This document shows, in pieces, positions 1 to 12,270 of a DNA stretch of 64,000 nt. Position 1 is the first letter of the stretch, and the number at the start of each line of letters is the position of its first letter. Under the pieces are notes generated by a model that did not search any database, was not told where the DNA came from, and saw only the letters and a program-made list of their open reading frames with translations. Source of the stretch: Vicugna vicugna (taxonomy: Eukaryota); the NCBI GenBank assembly GCA_013265495.1, contig MU058444.1:620001-684000 (forward strand), written 5' to 3'. Made by a program: the position numbers and the translations under genes.

Positions 1-507
1 TCTTAATATTTTTCTCCTGACCCAAATTCTGAAGAGAAAAACAGGGTCGATCTTTTTAAGGTGAATTCCATGAAAAAGGCTTTATACTTTGGTCCAAAAC
101 TTTGAGTTCCTTACTCTAATCATATGCAATTAATCATATTCACGTATGAAACTTGATTTGATCTGTTAAAATGAGAAATGTCATAAATTCTATCACATTA
201 CCTATTTAAATACATTAATTATTTTTCAAGTGCATTAGTGATTAACGCCTTGGTAGTCTAGTTTTTATGCTTTAGAAATCCTTTTAGTTGGAACATAATG
301 CAGTGTAAAGATAGAAGTTCATGGAGCAAGCCCAGAAGAATTCAATGTATAAACCTCAACGCAAACCCCATGTGGATTTCCATCAGATTGGCACCAGATA
401 TTTTTTCAGAGTTGAAAAACTAAATGCGATTTTAGATTACTTGTTATGTGAATGCATTTTATCATTTCATTTGGAAATTTTCACTTGTTTCCATGTTATG
501 TTGACAG

Positions 508-571
508 GTTGCCACAGAGATGGTCAACATTATGAAGAAGGATCAGTAATTAAAGAAAACTGCAATTCCTG
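508..571 (+). CDS. TINAG: TINAG exon 2 (GCHRDGQHYEEGSVIKENCNSC)
   Basis: Acceptor ttgacag|GT, donor CCTG|gtaatg, 64 nt; Cys-rich vWFC-like segment. Confidence 0.95.
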
Positions 572-1214
572 GTAATGAATTTAAGTGGCACAGAGCTGAA
601 TTCTGCTGTCTGTGTATGTTTTCCTCAAATAAAAGGAATATTTGTGAAACAAAGCATATGTTTAAATACAGAGAGAGAGAATCATGTCGTATATCACATA
701 ACTATAGTTTGTTTTTACAAGCGTGTTTTAATTTTAATGAAATTTAGGATCTAATCATGAATATTTCCTTTAATGTTTGACTTTGCTGTTTGTGACAGTG
801 GGCCTTGATCATACAGCAGGCCTGCAGTAAACACACCTCTTAAATACGCTACAGGCAAACCATGTTTCCCTGAACACAGTAACTATACGTAAAATCAGGC
901 TGCCTTAAAAGGATTATCCTGCAGAAACTTTCCAATTACAAATGCATTCAAATGACCATCTCCGTTGTCTCATGTTTTCAAACTGCAAAGAATGCGTGAG
1001 CATTTCATTTATTAACTGATTGCAGTAGAAGATAGTGGGTGGTAGCTAATGCCTGTGTTCGGATTTATTTTTGCCGAGAATTAAATAGTCACATGATGAA
1101 CATTAATCCAAACTGTTTTATGCCTTAGCAACATGCAAGTCTGGTTATTACTTTTGTCATCGCACTCCCTAAAGGCCAGGCCACTTTCGCAATTTTTTTT
1201 TTTTATCTTTGCAG

Positions 1215-1304
1215 CACATGCTCAGGACAGCAGTGGAAGTGTTCCCAGCATGTATGCCTTGTTCAACCAGGACTAATTGAACATATCAATAAAGGAGACT
1301 ATGG
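1215..1304 (+). CDS. TINAG: TINAG exon 3 (TCSGQQWKCSQHVCLVQPGLIEHINKGDYG)
   Basis: Long polypyrimidine tract then tttgcag|C, donor TATGG|gtgaga, 90 nt, in frame with exon 2. Confidence 0.96.
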
Positions 1305-1548
1305 GTGAGAGAAATCTTGCTTTGTAGGCTTTTTGACACTGCTCGTTACTCCCCAGACTTCAAACAACATATTTCCTATCTTCTAAAATTGGTCATTTTT
1401 TTAGAAAAAAAAAGTAGGAGAGAAATGGGAAAAGAGGTAGGAAGGCATGTGAAATGGGAATGCACAGAGGTGAACGTGAAATAGTTAAAAAGCAAAATGC
1501 ACCAAGAAGAAATATAGAGCACAGTCTTAAATTGTCTAGAAAGGAGCG

Positions 1549-2078
1549 GTGTCATGGTGTGAGCGAGGTGAGTGGAGGGAGCTTTAGTTCAGATAAGGAT
1601 TCAAGCAAAATCCGAAAACAGACTTGATTTATTCACGTTAAGCATCTTTCCTTCCGTTGCTGCCCTGAACCAACCAATCACATGCTCAGCTCTTCTGGGT
1701 AGAATCAGTCCTTAAGGGGCTGTATTTTATCTGGTTGGCTCCCCCAGTCAACCAGTCCATCTAGCCAAGTTCACCGCTGTGACTGACATCTAGCCAATTT
1801 CACTCACAGTTGAGTCAAAAGACAGGCTGAGCCACGTTATTTTGCTAATAAACTAAAAATAGGGCTGACTGACATGGAAACACATGACATAACTGTTTGA
1901 TGCTCTCCAACAGATTGATAAACTAGGTGGCTTTCCCACCTCCATGGAGGGAATCGGGTTGTAGGTGCTAACCTGGGCTTTCTTTACTAAACTGAGAGGA
2001 AGAGGGGTTGGCTGGCTGGTTTCTGCCTCAGGATTTCTCCACCGCCATGGATCAAATCTCCATCCACCCTCTGTAACA
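1549..2078 (-). mobile_element. Possible ancient solo LTR (family uncertain)
   Basis: TGTCA...TGTAACA termini, minus-strand AATAAA near 1630 and an internal direct repeat catctagccaa(g/t)ttcac; no target-site duplication (TSD) seen. Confidence 0.3.
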
Positions 2079-2295
2079 TTTTCCACATTCTGGAAAAGGG
2101 TTTGCATGAGAAGATCAGTTGTCAAGCAACTCTAATAGTGAAGTCATCCTGAAATGCATTTTTTAAAAAGTAGCAATAGCATTTCTTTGCACACCTAAGA
2201 GGTATGTTTTCAAGCACAATGGGGACACTGATTTTCAATGAAATATAGAAATCCCCTTTGTTGACATTAATATTCTCAGACTGTTCTTGATTCCT

Positions 2296-2362
2296 GTGTG
2301 TGTGTGTGTGTGTGTGTCTGTGTGTGTGTGTGTGCGTGTGTGTGTGTGTGTCTGTGTGTGTG
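2296..2362. repeat. Interrupted (TG)n microsatellite
   Basis: Direct reading. Confidence 0.95.
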
Positions 2363-3435
2363 CACCCGGGTGTTTCCCCAATATTTTAGGTGATAACATA
2401 ATGACATTTTAAAGTATTTTTAGGGAAAGCCAATTATATTTTTCTATGACTAAGCGATATTTAAATCATTAAAAGAACCCAAGAGTGTGTGTCAGAGGGA
2501 GAGATGATCTGAATTAGGTTCCTAAAAGGATTCAGATGCTTGATTTAACAAGCACACACTTCTAAGAAGCCAAGAGAAGCAGACAACCCTTCCATTGTCC
2601 CAGAACCCAGGAGAAATCACAGTTTACAGCGATGTAGGAAAAAAGTGCACATAAGAATCTGGGAGCTGTTGAGAATGTTGCCTTCCTTGGAAGGAAGAAT
2701 TTTCATTTCATCATTTGTTTATCGTTAAGAGTACACGAGGGCTGTTTAAGAGGCATGAGCTTGCCTTTCAGTCACAAACATGGAAGACTTAAAAAAAAAA
2801 GTAAAGTGTAATTGCAGCAAAAGGAAATATTCACAGAGCAAAGGTAAAAGAGTTCAGTAAAAGAGACAAACTGTGGGGGAAAAAAGAGTAAAACTAAAAT
2901 TATTTACCAAGGATAAAAAGGAAGGGGGTGTAGAAAGTCCTTGAACTTAAAAGAATGTTCTAATTCTCAATTTACTGTTTCTGATGTTCAAAATGTTTTT
3001 ATGTGTGAGAACAGAGTCGCATTTTATCATTCCATACCTGTGGTAGGTGCTTTTGTAAAATAGCCAACATGCAGATATATACAATCTTTGCTTTAAAACA
3101 TTTATTTCTGGCATCTTGGTAATGTTTTAGATCCAAGTCTTTATTCCTTGTATGTCACCCAATTCAATGCTTATTTATTCCCTGTATTATGTTATGACAC
3201 AATCCATTCATAGTTTTTCAATCAATTAATATTAAGGAAACATGTGTTTCCCTTGTGGCATGGCTGAGGATATGAATAAAAAATTTCTGTCTTAAAGAAA
3301 TTTACAATCTAGCTGTAGAGTCCACAGGTCAGAACTTTGTAAAAGGATTTCTAGTGACAGAGTAGTTGTTAAGTGCCAACTCAGTAGCACAGGTCATCAC
3401 CAGCAAGTTAGTAGAACCAAGGGAGAGAGTTACCT

Positions 3436-4135
3436 GATTCAGTCACCTGTCGCTGCGCAACGAACCACATCGGAATTTAGCAGCTTGACACTTCAGGCTT
3501 TTTATTTGTTCACATCAGCAATTCGGGATGGGCTTAGTGAAGGCTCTTTTCCTGGTCTCTCCTGGGGTTACTCAGGTGTCGCCAGACATCTGGAGCCTCA
3601 GCTGGGGCTGGATGGCCTCACTCCCATGCCTGGTGGTTGGTGTGGTAGTTGCGGGGGTGGGGGGGCCCACGTGTCTCCAACAGGCCAGCCTTGGCTTCTC
3701 CACACAATGACAGCATTTGAACCTGAGGTGAGTGGAGACTGCCCGGGGCCTCGCCGGAGTCCTGAGCTTGAAATTCACACGGCCTCAATTTGATTGCTCT
3801 CTGTTGGGCCGAGCAAGTCACCAGGCCAGCTCGCATTCAACAGGTGGGGAGACGAATGTTAGCTACTATATATAAAAATAGATTAAAAAAAAACCAATTT
3901 CTTCTGTATAGCATGGGGAACTATATTCAATATCTTGTAATAACCTTTAATGAAAAAGAATATGAAAATGAATATATGTATGTCTATGCATGACCGGGAC
4001 ACTGTGCTGTACACCAGAAATTGACACATTGTAACTGATGGTACTTCAATTAAAAAAAAATAAAACAGTTGGGGAAATGGACGCCATCTCTTGATGGAAG
4101 GAGCCACAGATAACGTGTGCCCATTTTTAACCTGT
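3436..4135 (-). mobile_element. MaLR (MLT1-type) LTR, interrupted by an L1 3' fragment
   Basis: MLT1-like motifs (gctgcgcaacgaaccac...tttatttgttcac...; ctgttgggccgagcaagtcaccaggccagc; ccatctcttgatggaaggagc). Confidence 0.7.
3853..4063 (+). mobile_element. 5'-truncated L1 3' end (camelid/artiodactyl type)
   Basis: gggaactatattcaatatcttgtaataacc...tgtacaccagaaattgacacattgtaactg...caattaaaaaaaa; TSD aacaggtggggaga (3839-3852) / aacagttggggaaa (4064-4077). Confidence 0.9.
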
Positions 4136-4149
4136 CATGTCTCTAAACT

Positions 4150-5055
4150 TGATTGTTCTTATGAACTCAAAGTCTAGTCTATTGAATAAAGTGGCCTTGA
4201 TTTCTTACTGACTTCTCAAAATCAGAATGCCCCAAACCAAAAGGATTAACCTCTTCGACCTGTCCTAGGTTCCTGGCACCCCCTCCACCTTGTCAACACC
4301 AACCCAGAGAATCGGAAGTCAGTTCGATGCTTCTTTCCTCTTCACCGTCTGTCCCTAGGCTCTAGTAACTCCCACAAAGTTTATTTCGGAAATGTATTTC
4401 CTATATCCCTCTGCTACGTTCTGGCGCATTTCTCTATCAAGGCGACTTGGAGATGACCCAACTTTTCTGTTCTCAGTCTGACCAAACTCTAGCCAATCCT
4501 TTATACTTTCATAGTCCTCCACCTAGAACAAAGCTTTGATTCTGCCACTTATGCTTTTAAAAGTCTCCGGTACACTCCACTGCTTATAGGACTACACTTC
4601 TCAGCATAAATCACCATCTGGCCCAAACGCTTACTGCCTCATCTTTTACACTCTTCCCAGCCCCTGTCCCCCTGGTCCCTCTGGTGGGGTTTAAGCGTTC
4701 TCATCTGCTGTTCCCTAAAGGTGCTACCTGATTTCAAACCTGCTTTGCTCCAGGGTCGACTTGATTTAGAACAAATGCTCCCTTTTCTCACATCTGGCCA
4801 TGAATCTCATTCTCATCCTTCCAGGCTGAGTGCTGAAGTCACCTCCATAAAAAAATTTGTTCTAACTCCTTCAGGTAGAGTTATGTTTGACTTCTCTACT
4901 CTGACCATAGTGTGACCTACCTCTAATACACAACACATACTGAAGTCATTCTTACCTCTGTAGTCTTTTTATGGTATGAGCTCTCTGAAGGTAGAGAAAT
5001 TTATTTATTTCTATGTTCCCAGTGTTTAGCAGAGAATGTTTCCAGTAAATGCTAA
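4150..5055 (+). mobile_element. Degraded L2 LINE 3' region
   Basis: Pyrimidine-rich L2-like tract ending atgttcccagtgtttagcagag...cagtaaatgct. Confidence 0.55.
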
Positions 5056-5174
5056 ATTGGGTTCAAAGGAGAGTGATGAGTCTAGGCCAAAGAGGATGGT
5101 GTAAGGTAGTGGTGCTTTTGACACATTTTTGAGCATAAGTCATAGTAAAAATATGCATTTAATTTATATGACCC

Positions 5175-5177
<3 letters not shown>

Positions 5178-5210
<33 letters not shown>
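5178..5210. repeat. (CA)n microsatellite
   Basis: Direct reading. Confidence 0.95.
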
Positions 5211-5211
<1 letters not shown>

Positions 5212-6577
5212 CTGTACATATACCTAGATGCACATAAACACTACTTACCCTCACTATGTGTGACGAACGCAAATATTTCCTATTGTTTCTCCTATATTTG
5301 ATTTTGTCTTTTAAAATACTGATCCCTGTTCACTAAATTGAGTGGTTAATTAAATGACCCACAGATGTCTCTGAATGTTTGAAAACTACTAACGTAAAGC
5401 TCCAAAAACATACCTTACTGATGTCACGATTTTGCCTAAGGCTGGTCCTGTTGGCCTCTTAAATGATGCTGCCATATCTAATATGTTCAGAAGTTTCCTT
5501 ATTGAAATTCCCTGGATGATGGAGACTGCATTTTAAAATTGTGGCTCAAAGTTACTCAAGGTTTTGTGAACTAACAGGTCTTATAAAAGAAGAGCATTAA
5601 CTTGCCAGATATGTTTTTGAAAATTGAGTTGTATCTTTCATCAGTCACAGGAGCCGATCTCATTATAAGCAATTTAGGTGATAAACACAACAGGATAAAG
5701 TTTAGATTGGACTAAGTTATTGAAAATATATTGCCTTCAAGATGTCGGTAATTTAAACAAGACAAATTAAATTACTTTCATCGTTCTCATTTTTCATCTC
5801 TTATTATCTCTTAAGGAATCTTTGTTGTTTTCAAATTTCAATATTAGATTTTGAAAACAAAGCTTCCTTTTCTATGTAAGGGCATAAAATATGTCTCTAG
5901 AAAAATGTGCACTTTTTTGTTGTCTAATTTCACATCAATTGCATTTATTTATATTATTAATAATGGCTAAGATTACTGAGCACTTAACACAAATTAACTC
6001 ATTTAATATGTAATAGAATATTTCAATATTCAAATAAAATATTTCAGTGAAATTTTAGTAAAATGGATTAGCATTGATGTGACCTTTTTAAGTATAACTC
6101 TTTTATCCTCAAGTTTTCATGGATAATTCTTTTTTTTTTTTAACATGGTCAAGTTCCTTTTAAATAAAGCAGATTACCCTGTTTAACCTATAAGAACACT
6201 TCTGCACATTCAAGCTTCTTTCTAAAGTGCACTTCATGGCATTTAAAAGAAGCTACATATATTGGCCTTCTTATCACTAAATTCCCTTTACAGTATGTGT
6301 AGGTTCCATATTCTTAACCTTAGCCTAAATTGATATGGCCTTGGACTCCTCAGGGTCGTTAAAATAATTGACATAGACCTGATTTGGGCAGAGGGACATG
6401 CTTCCTTACTAGAGTAATCAAAAGTGCATCATTAATAGAAAGACTATCTTGCTGGCAGGAGCAGTTCTAATTGTGTGAAATTTGCTTCTGCATAATTTCA
6501 GAACTGTAAAGCAACCTGCATCGATACAGTGGTCCTCTATAACGTGTACGTGCTTCTGTCTTTCGTTTGTAAGGCAG

Positions 6578-6692
6578 ATGGACAGCCCAGAACTACAGCC
6601 AGTTCTGGGGAATGACCTTAGAAGAGGGTTTCAGACACCGCCTTGGCACTCTGCCTCCGAGCCCCGTGCTTCTGAGTATGCACGAAGTGACA
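6578..6692 (+). CDS. TINAG: TINAG exon 4 (WTAQNYSQFWGMTLEEGFRHRLGTLPPSPVLLSMHEVT)
   Basis: Acceptor aaggcag|A, donor ACA|gtaagt, 115 nt; cathepsin-B-type propeptide-like region. Confidence 0.96.
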
Positions 6693-7719
6693 GTAAGTAT
6701 TCTCTCCGTCTGACTCACGTACCTGTGTGTTTGTCTAAGTGTCCACGTGTGCATTTAAGGGCTTTTCAAATCACTGAAATAGTGAGTTTTGAGCTTTCGG
6801 AGTTATAACTTTAGCATACAAATAATAATAATAATAATAATAAATCCATTTCCCCAAATGATTGTTACATCCCTCAAAAGCTTCATGTGAACTTTGAAAG
6901 TTAGCTGTAGTCTCCAATCTTTAAGATCAATTGTGTGTTCATTTATACTGCTAATAATTTCATAGAAATTCATGTTCCTGATTGTCGGCTACTTGGTGAC
7001 CCAATGCTTAAGGAAGTCATTAGTTGTCTTTTTTTTTTTTTAAGTAAACTTAGTTATTTTGTGAATTCATCAAAACAGAGTTGATGGCTCTTGGGCTAGC
7101 CCTTCTGAAATGAAGGTAAAATAAACGCCAGTGACTGCAGATATGTACGCTATGATGACTAGTAAAAGTTTAATCCTCAAAAATCCTCAGATTTTCCATT
7201 TAAAGAACGCCTTCGGATTTTGCCTGATGACCTGACAAATTCCTGTGTGAAATTGTCACGTTTCCTAACACTCACGTGCTTTCTATTCTTGTATTGCTTT
7301 TCCCTTTCATTTCAAGGTGTTATCATCTGAGACTAGGTATCTCGCATCAAGAGGCTTCTGTCTCTCCAGCTATCACAGACTTCTAACTTAGAGCTACCCC
7401 TCCACGTGTGGTGTCTCTCCGTTGAGATGCTGATTATATTTAAGAACTGTTAAAATTGCCCAAAGCAGAGCAGGGCTTCCCAGGCTGCTGGAGAGCTGCC
7501 TCTTCCCTCTGCAGGTGTCTGGTCCTGGTGCCCCAGAAGCACTCAGCATCCCAGAGGGAGCAGGACCACTGTTTGCTGTTGGATGAGTGGTAAATCCCCA
7601 GGCTTCTTATGAAATGTTTAATGTGCTTTACATTCGAGAGATGTCATCCCCTGAGTTATCACTCCAATTATATAACTTGTTACAACAAGTATCAGGGAAG
7701 TTAACAATAGTTGCCATTT

Positions 7720-8545
7720 CTTGATCCGTTGTGTGCTAAGCATTTTAGTACAACATCTCACCTAATTCCCACGGCAGTTTGACGTAGTCGTGTGGGTTCT
7801 GTCCGGCAGAGGTCCCACCACGATGGAATGAATTACTCGAGACTCTGTGGAAAGTCAAGAGAGCAAGAAGGAGTCGGAGACCAACTCCCCAAGCCTCTCA
7901 AACACTCCCATATTTACTGTGCACAATCAAAGAAAAGATCACAAACAATTGTGTCATGGAACGCAGGAGCTTAAGGAATGGGTAGAGATTGTAAATTCCA
8001 CAATGGGTACAAACGCTTAGTTTATCCTCAGGGCAGTCCTGGAGGGAGGGGGCCAAGGTACATTCTTCAGATAGAAGAAGCTGATTGCAAAACAGACCAC
8101 CGGACCACCAGGTTCTTGTCCTGGGGGTTAAAGACTATCTAAACAGCAGAAAGCATGCCCAGTGTATGGGTCGTTGCTTTGCAACGAGCAGAGTAAACCC
8201 TGAACTACGGACCTATGCTTATGATAAACGAGCTGTGTCCTGCGTTTATAGCAAGGGACACACAATGGCTTTACCACTGCGGAAGCAGCCCTAAGCTGAA
8301 ACCTCAAGTATGCAAGCAAGGCGTTGTCTCTGCTTTTTAGGGCAAGGAGATCCAAGTGCAGATGCATAGGCACCTGCTAGGAAAGTGGCTAGGAAACTTA
8401 TTAACTAAGCACATTTGTTCTTCTTAAAGGTCATAGAGTCTGTTACAATTTATTAACCCAATCTTGGGCTCCCACATAGTAGGTACTGTAATTATCCACA
8501 TTTTAAAGACAAGGACATTGAGACAGAGCGAGGTCAGGTCACATG
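7720..8545 (-). mobile_element. MIR SINE split by an LTR insertion
   Basis: gtgtgctaagcatttt...atctcacctaattcccac (left half) and gtaggtactgtaattatccacattttaaagacaaggacattgagacagagcgagg (right half). Confidence 0.7.
7791..8476 (-). mobile_element. Solo LTR, ERV2 (betaretrovirus-like) class, 686 bp
   Basis: TGTGGG...CCCACA inverted termini; 6-bp TSD tagtcg (7785-7790) / tagtag (8477-8482); minus-strand AGTAAA at 7913-7918; cleanly interrupts a MIR. Confidence 0.8.
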
Positions 8546-8631
8546 GAGACTGAGAGGACTGAAAAACCACCGCCCAATTATCTAAACTGCAGAGCCAGGA
8601 TTTTTTTGATCTGCCCCACAAATAGTCCTTA

Positions 8632-9291
8632 TGATGCAGGAAAACGGATGTGCAGCAAGAGGAGGGCCGTGTCCCAGGTCTCGGCTGAGCCCCCAGGATG
8701 TGTCCCACCAGGTGTGGGTCCTTGGCTTTGCACAGGAAAGAATTCAAGTGCGAGCCACCGTTGAGTAACGGGAGATTTATTTAGAGAGCTACATACTGCA
8801 TAGAGTGTCAGGCAAGAGAAAGGCAAGGAAAGAGGTGTGGGGGTTGGGTGCTGAGGTTAAAGTAAAAGTAGGTGCCCACTCCATGGACAGATGCGGGCTG
8901 TCTCCAAAGTGGGGAGAGAGCGCAAAGGGCCACTAGGCGTGGTGGTGTCACTTTTTATGGGCTCAGTAGCTTCACATGCCTACAGGTGGGGTCAATCCAA
9001 CTGCCCTGGGGGGGAGGGGCTGGGATTCCCAGGAACTGGGCCACCGCCCATTCTTTGGCCTTTTGCGGTCAGCCTTGGGGCTGTCATGGCGCCTGCGGGC
9101 ATGTTATTTGATCATGCTGTTACAATGAGCAAATAATGAAGCTCAAGGTCTACTAGAGGTCAAACCTCTTAATCCTCAAGGCCAACCAGGAGGTGAATCT
9201 TCCACCATTTTGGTGAATCTTCTACCTTTTTGGTGTTAAGTTGCTGTCCTTCCTTGAGTGGCTGTGCCCTGCTCCCTTCCCTCCTGTCTCA
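8632..9291 (-). mobile_element. Solo LTR, ERV1-like class, 660 bp
   Basis: TG...CA termini, perfect 4-bp TSD ctta (8628-8631 / 9292-9295), minus-strand AATAAA at 8776-8781 and a TATA-like CATAAAA near 8955; homologous to 58145-58711. Confidence 0.88.
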
Positions 9292-12213
9292 CTTAAAGTT
9301 CCAGTAGAATCACTTAGCTTTGGCCAATGCGGGTTCAGAACAGCAAAGAGCCGTTTAATCTTGGAACCAGACCTAACTTTATGAAATGATCAGCTTAGAT
9401 CTATTTTTGGATCTTTCCTGCAATTAGTAAGATATACAATCTTTAGAGGGGTCATCCTGACTCATAAGTTTTACTGACCTAACTATGTGATCAACTGGAA
9501 AAGAATTATTTATTTTTTTCTGGCTGTTTTCTTTTTCATTTTTATCCTTGTCTAGGGAAGAAAGAGGCAGAATTGTTTAAGAAAACAATAAATTCACCCC
9601 CTTTATGAAGATCGCTCTTTCATTTGCTTTTGTTGAGGGTCTCAGTTAGCCAAATATTTATTTGAGTGTCTATGTACATTTTCTCCAACCTTCTTTCTAA
9701 TTTGCTTTATTTTTCGCAACTTAGAATATTTTATATTTACCGAAAATGAGGTACATTTCTTTCCCAGGTTGCCACTCACCATCGCATAGAAAAAGGAAAT
9801 GTAATTCTAAATTATTTATTGGCTCCTGGGGTTTGTTAGCATAAAGGTCACTACGGTGATATTTAAACGAAAAGAAATCTTAATGATTAGTTTGGGAGCA
9901 TTTATATTACCTAGTGCTATGAATTAATGGTATAAAGTGCCAAGCAATTCCAGAAAAGCAGTGAGGAGAATGTGGCTGACCTGTAAGTGTCCTATTACCC
10001 ACTTAGGATATAAGGCAGGGAAATTGCTTCCCATTTCTAAGGCACGGTAGCTTGAGGACTGAAGTCCTATCAAAAAGTTTCTGAGTGTTGGAGTTGTCCT
10101 CCTCTCTGATAGAAGAAAATCAGGAATATAACAAGTACTTCTATGAAGAACAGAAAGTCAGCATGAACTGAGTTGAACTAACAGTCACAGGAAGAGCTTA
10201 ATAAATAGGTTAATTCTTAGCCTGGTGACTACATAGAAAATACCCCAATACATCAGATTACCCCTGAGTTCAGTGAAAATGAATGATTTTTGTGTGGATT
10301 TGCTTCTCAGGACAACTCCTCCCCTCACTTTTTCTCAACTGTTTAAAAAATACCATTTTCAACATTGGCTGACATATATGTGCAGATGGAGCAGGCAGTT
10401 GCCAGCAGTGAAATAATTTTTCTAAGAGATACCACTGTGTCCTCAGCCCCAAACCTCTCCCTTTCCTCAAGCACATCCCCTGGATGAGAACTGAGATTGA
10501 TCAAATTCCTTATCTTGAGTGGGAAAGATGAGCCATGGGTCAGTCTTCCCGAGTCCCCCCGAGAGCCCTTCTCCTCAGCTGGTCTCCTGGCTCCACTGCT
10601 TGGCTTGAATCACTATCCCCATCATGTGTCTGCTGAGTGTGACTTTGACGATTGTCAACAGGTGTTGCACAGAGAATTTCATGATCATCTATGGAAAACA
10701 GGAAAAATTGGTTTAATCTATAGGAGTTAGTTCAATTCAAATGAGTTTTTGTAGAGTGAGATTTGTAACAATGAGGAATAGAAATATATTACTGATAGTG
10801 GGAGATTAGAAAAATGAGCTAAAGGATTTTGGGACGCCCTTTCTGGGTGGCAGTCCCAAGTGAGGGCAGACAATAAGAAACATTAGTTTACAGTGTTCTC
10901 TGGGTACCAGCAGACTGGACAAGAGGAAGTGGAAAAAGGGAGAGAAAGCAAGCTGAGAGGGTCCTGCCCACACCATGTGGCTCCTAGTTGTGTATGAAGG
11001 CTCACTTCACCCTCTTTAGAACCATGTCTAGATTTGGGTCAGAAAATTCCAGCTGATCAAACTTTGCCTAATTTTTTCCTGAAGGCTATTTCTTGAGATT
11101 GTTCCCAGTAACACCCCCATTGGATGGCTCTGTTCCAACTTGTTCTGCACTAAAAATGTTAAGAACGATTGGATGAACCAGTGATGCTCCTTGGAACTTC
11201 TGTGTGTTGTCTGGACAAATTTGCAGTGGGACTGATGGAGCTCTGGCCTTCGCAGGGTAGCTCTCCACAGGGACTTCCAACTCTACTGGTCAAGCCTTTT
11301 GTCTCCTTATGGGGGGTTATGACATGGTTTAAACCATATTTCAATATTTCCTCAGCATTTGTTCCATGGACCACCAATCTCGCAAGATTTGGAATAAAGG
11401 TGTCTTATCTGTGGTCAAATGCACTTGTGAAATGGTGTATTACATCTGTATTCCGAAGAGTCACACTCTACACTAGCGTTCTGAAGACCCTGAGAACCCT
11501 TCCTCTACCTTTTTTTTCACCCAGTGTGTCCTAGATTCATGACATCAGAGACCCTTTCCTTGTTTGTTTGTTTAAAATCATTGTTAATATTCTCCAGGAT
11601 TTAGACTCCACAGAACACCCTTTAGGAAATGCTAACTCAAGCTAAACTGTCGAAATAAAAGCACTGGAGAGGGCAGAATTATATTCAGGGCTAAAATCGA
11701 ACTCTCCCAGTGTCTCAGAAAGAAAATAATTACTATGATTGTATGCAAAACTAGCGTGGACTGAGGTCTTTCAAGCCAGCAGAAACGTCCCAGGTGAGGT
11801 CTGTTAACAGGCACGCGTAGGCAGGGCATTTAGTTACACATTCCCACTTATATCATGTGAGTTCTGCAGCCAATGTGCTTGGGTCTAGTCTGGCTGAAAT
11901 GATGACAGCAGTGGTACCCAAGCTCACAGGGTTGTAAGTCCATGAAGTGATGAATAAGAATGCTTAGGACACAGACTGTAGGAGAGCATTAAGGAAATGT
12001 TATTGTATAATATATAACGTTCTTTCTCCCTTGGATTAACCTTGAGAAAACAGCAGGTTTCTGAAACAAATAAATTCTGTAAGAACTAAATCATCCAAGG
12101 CTTCATCATTTGGGGTATTTTATTTCATAAAGAAAGGTGTAGCTCTGGGTTTATTGGCCCTGATGGAGTTTATGTATTTCTGGTGACCCTGAAAGTTTGT
12201 CTACTACGCTCCT

Positions 12214-12270
12214 AAATCACATCAAATCAAATCATGTCAAATCATATCAAATCAAATCTAATCAAATCAA
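12214..12270. repeat. Degenerate (ATCAA)n pentamer repeat
   Basis: aaatcacatcaaatcaaatcatgtcaaatcatatcaaatcaaatctaatcaaatcaa. Confidence 0.8.

Noticed and set aside
321..575. ORFs 321..575, 24775..25059 and 26435..26647 as standalone genes
   Set aside because: Each is a TINAG exon extended by chance into the flanking introns.
5100..5395. Possible hAT-Charlie/MER fossils (also ~13945-14265)
   Set aside because: The termini resemble hAT elements but are too degraded to assign with confidence.
11050..11534. Overlapping ORFs, possible processed pseudogene or retroelement coding relic
   Set aside because: I recognise no protein homology, poly(A) tail or TSD; a tBLASTx or Dfam search would be needed.
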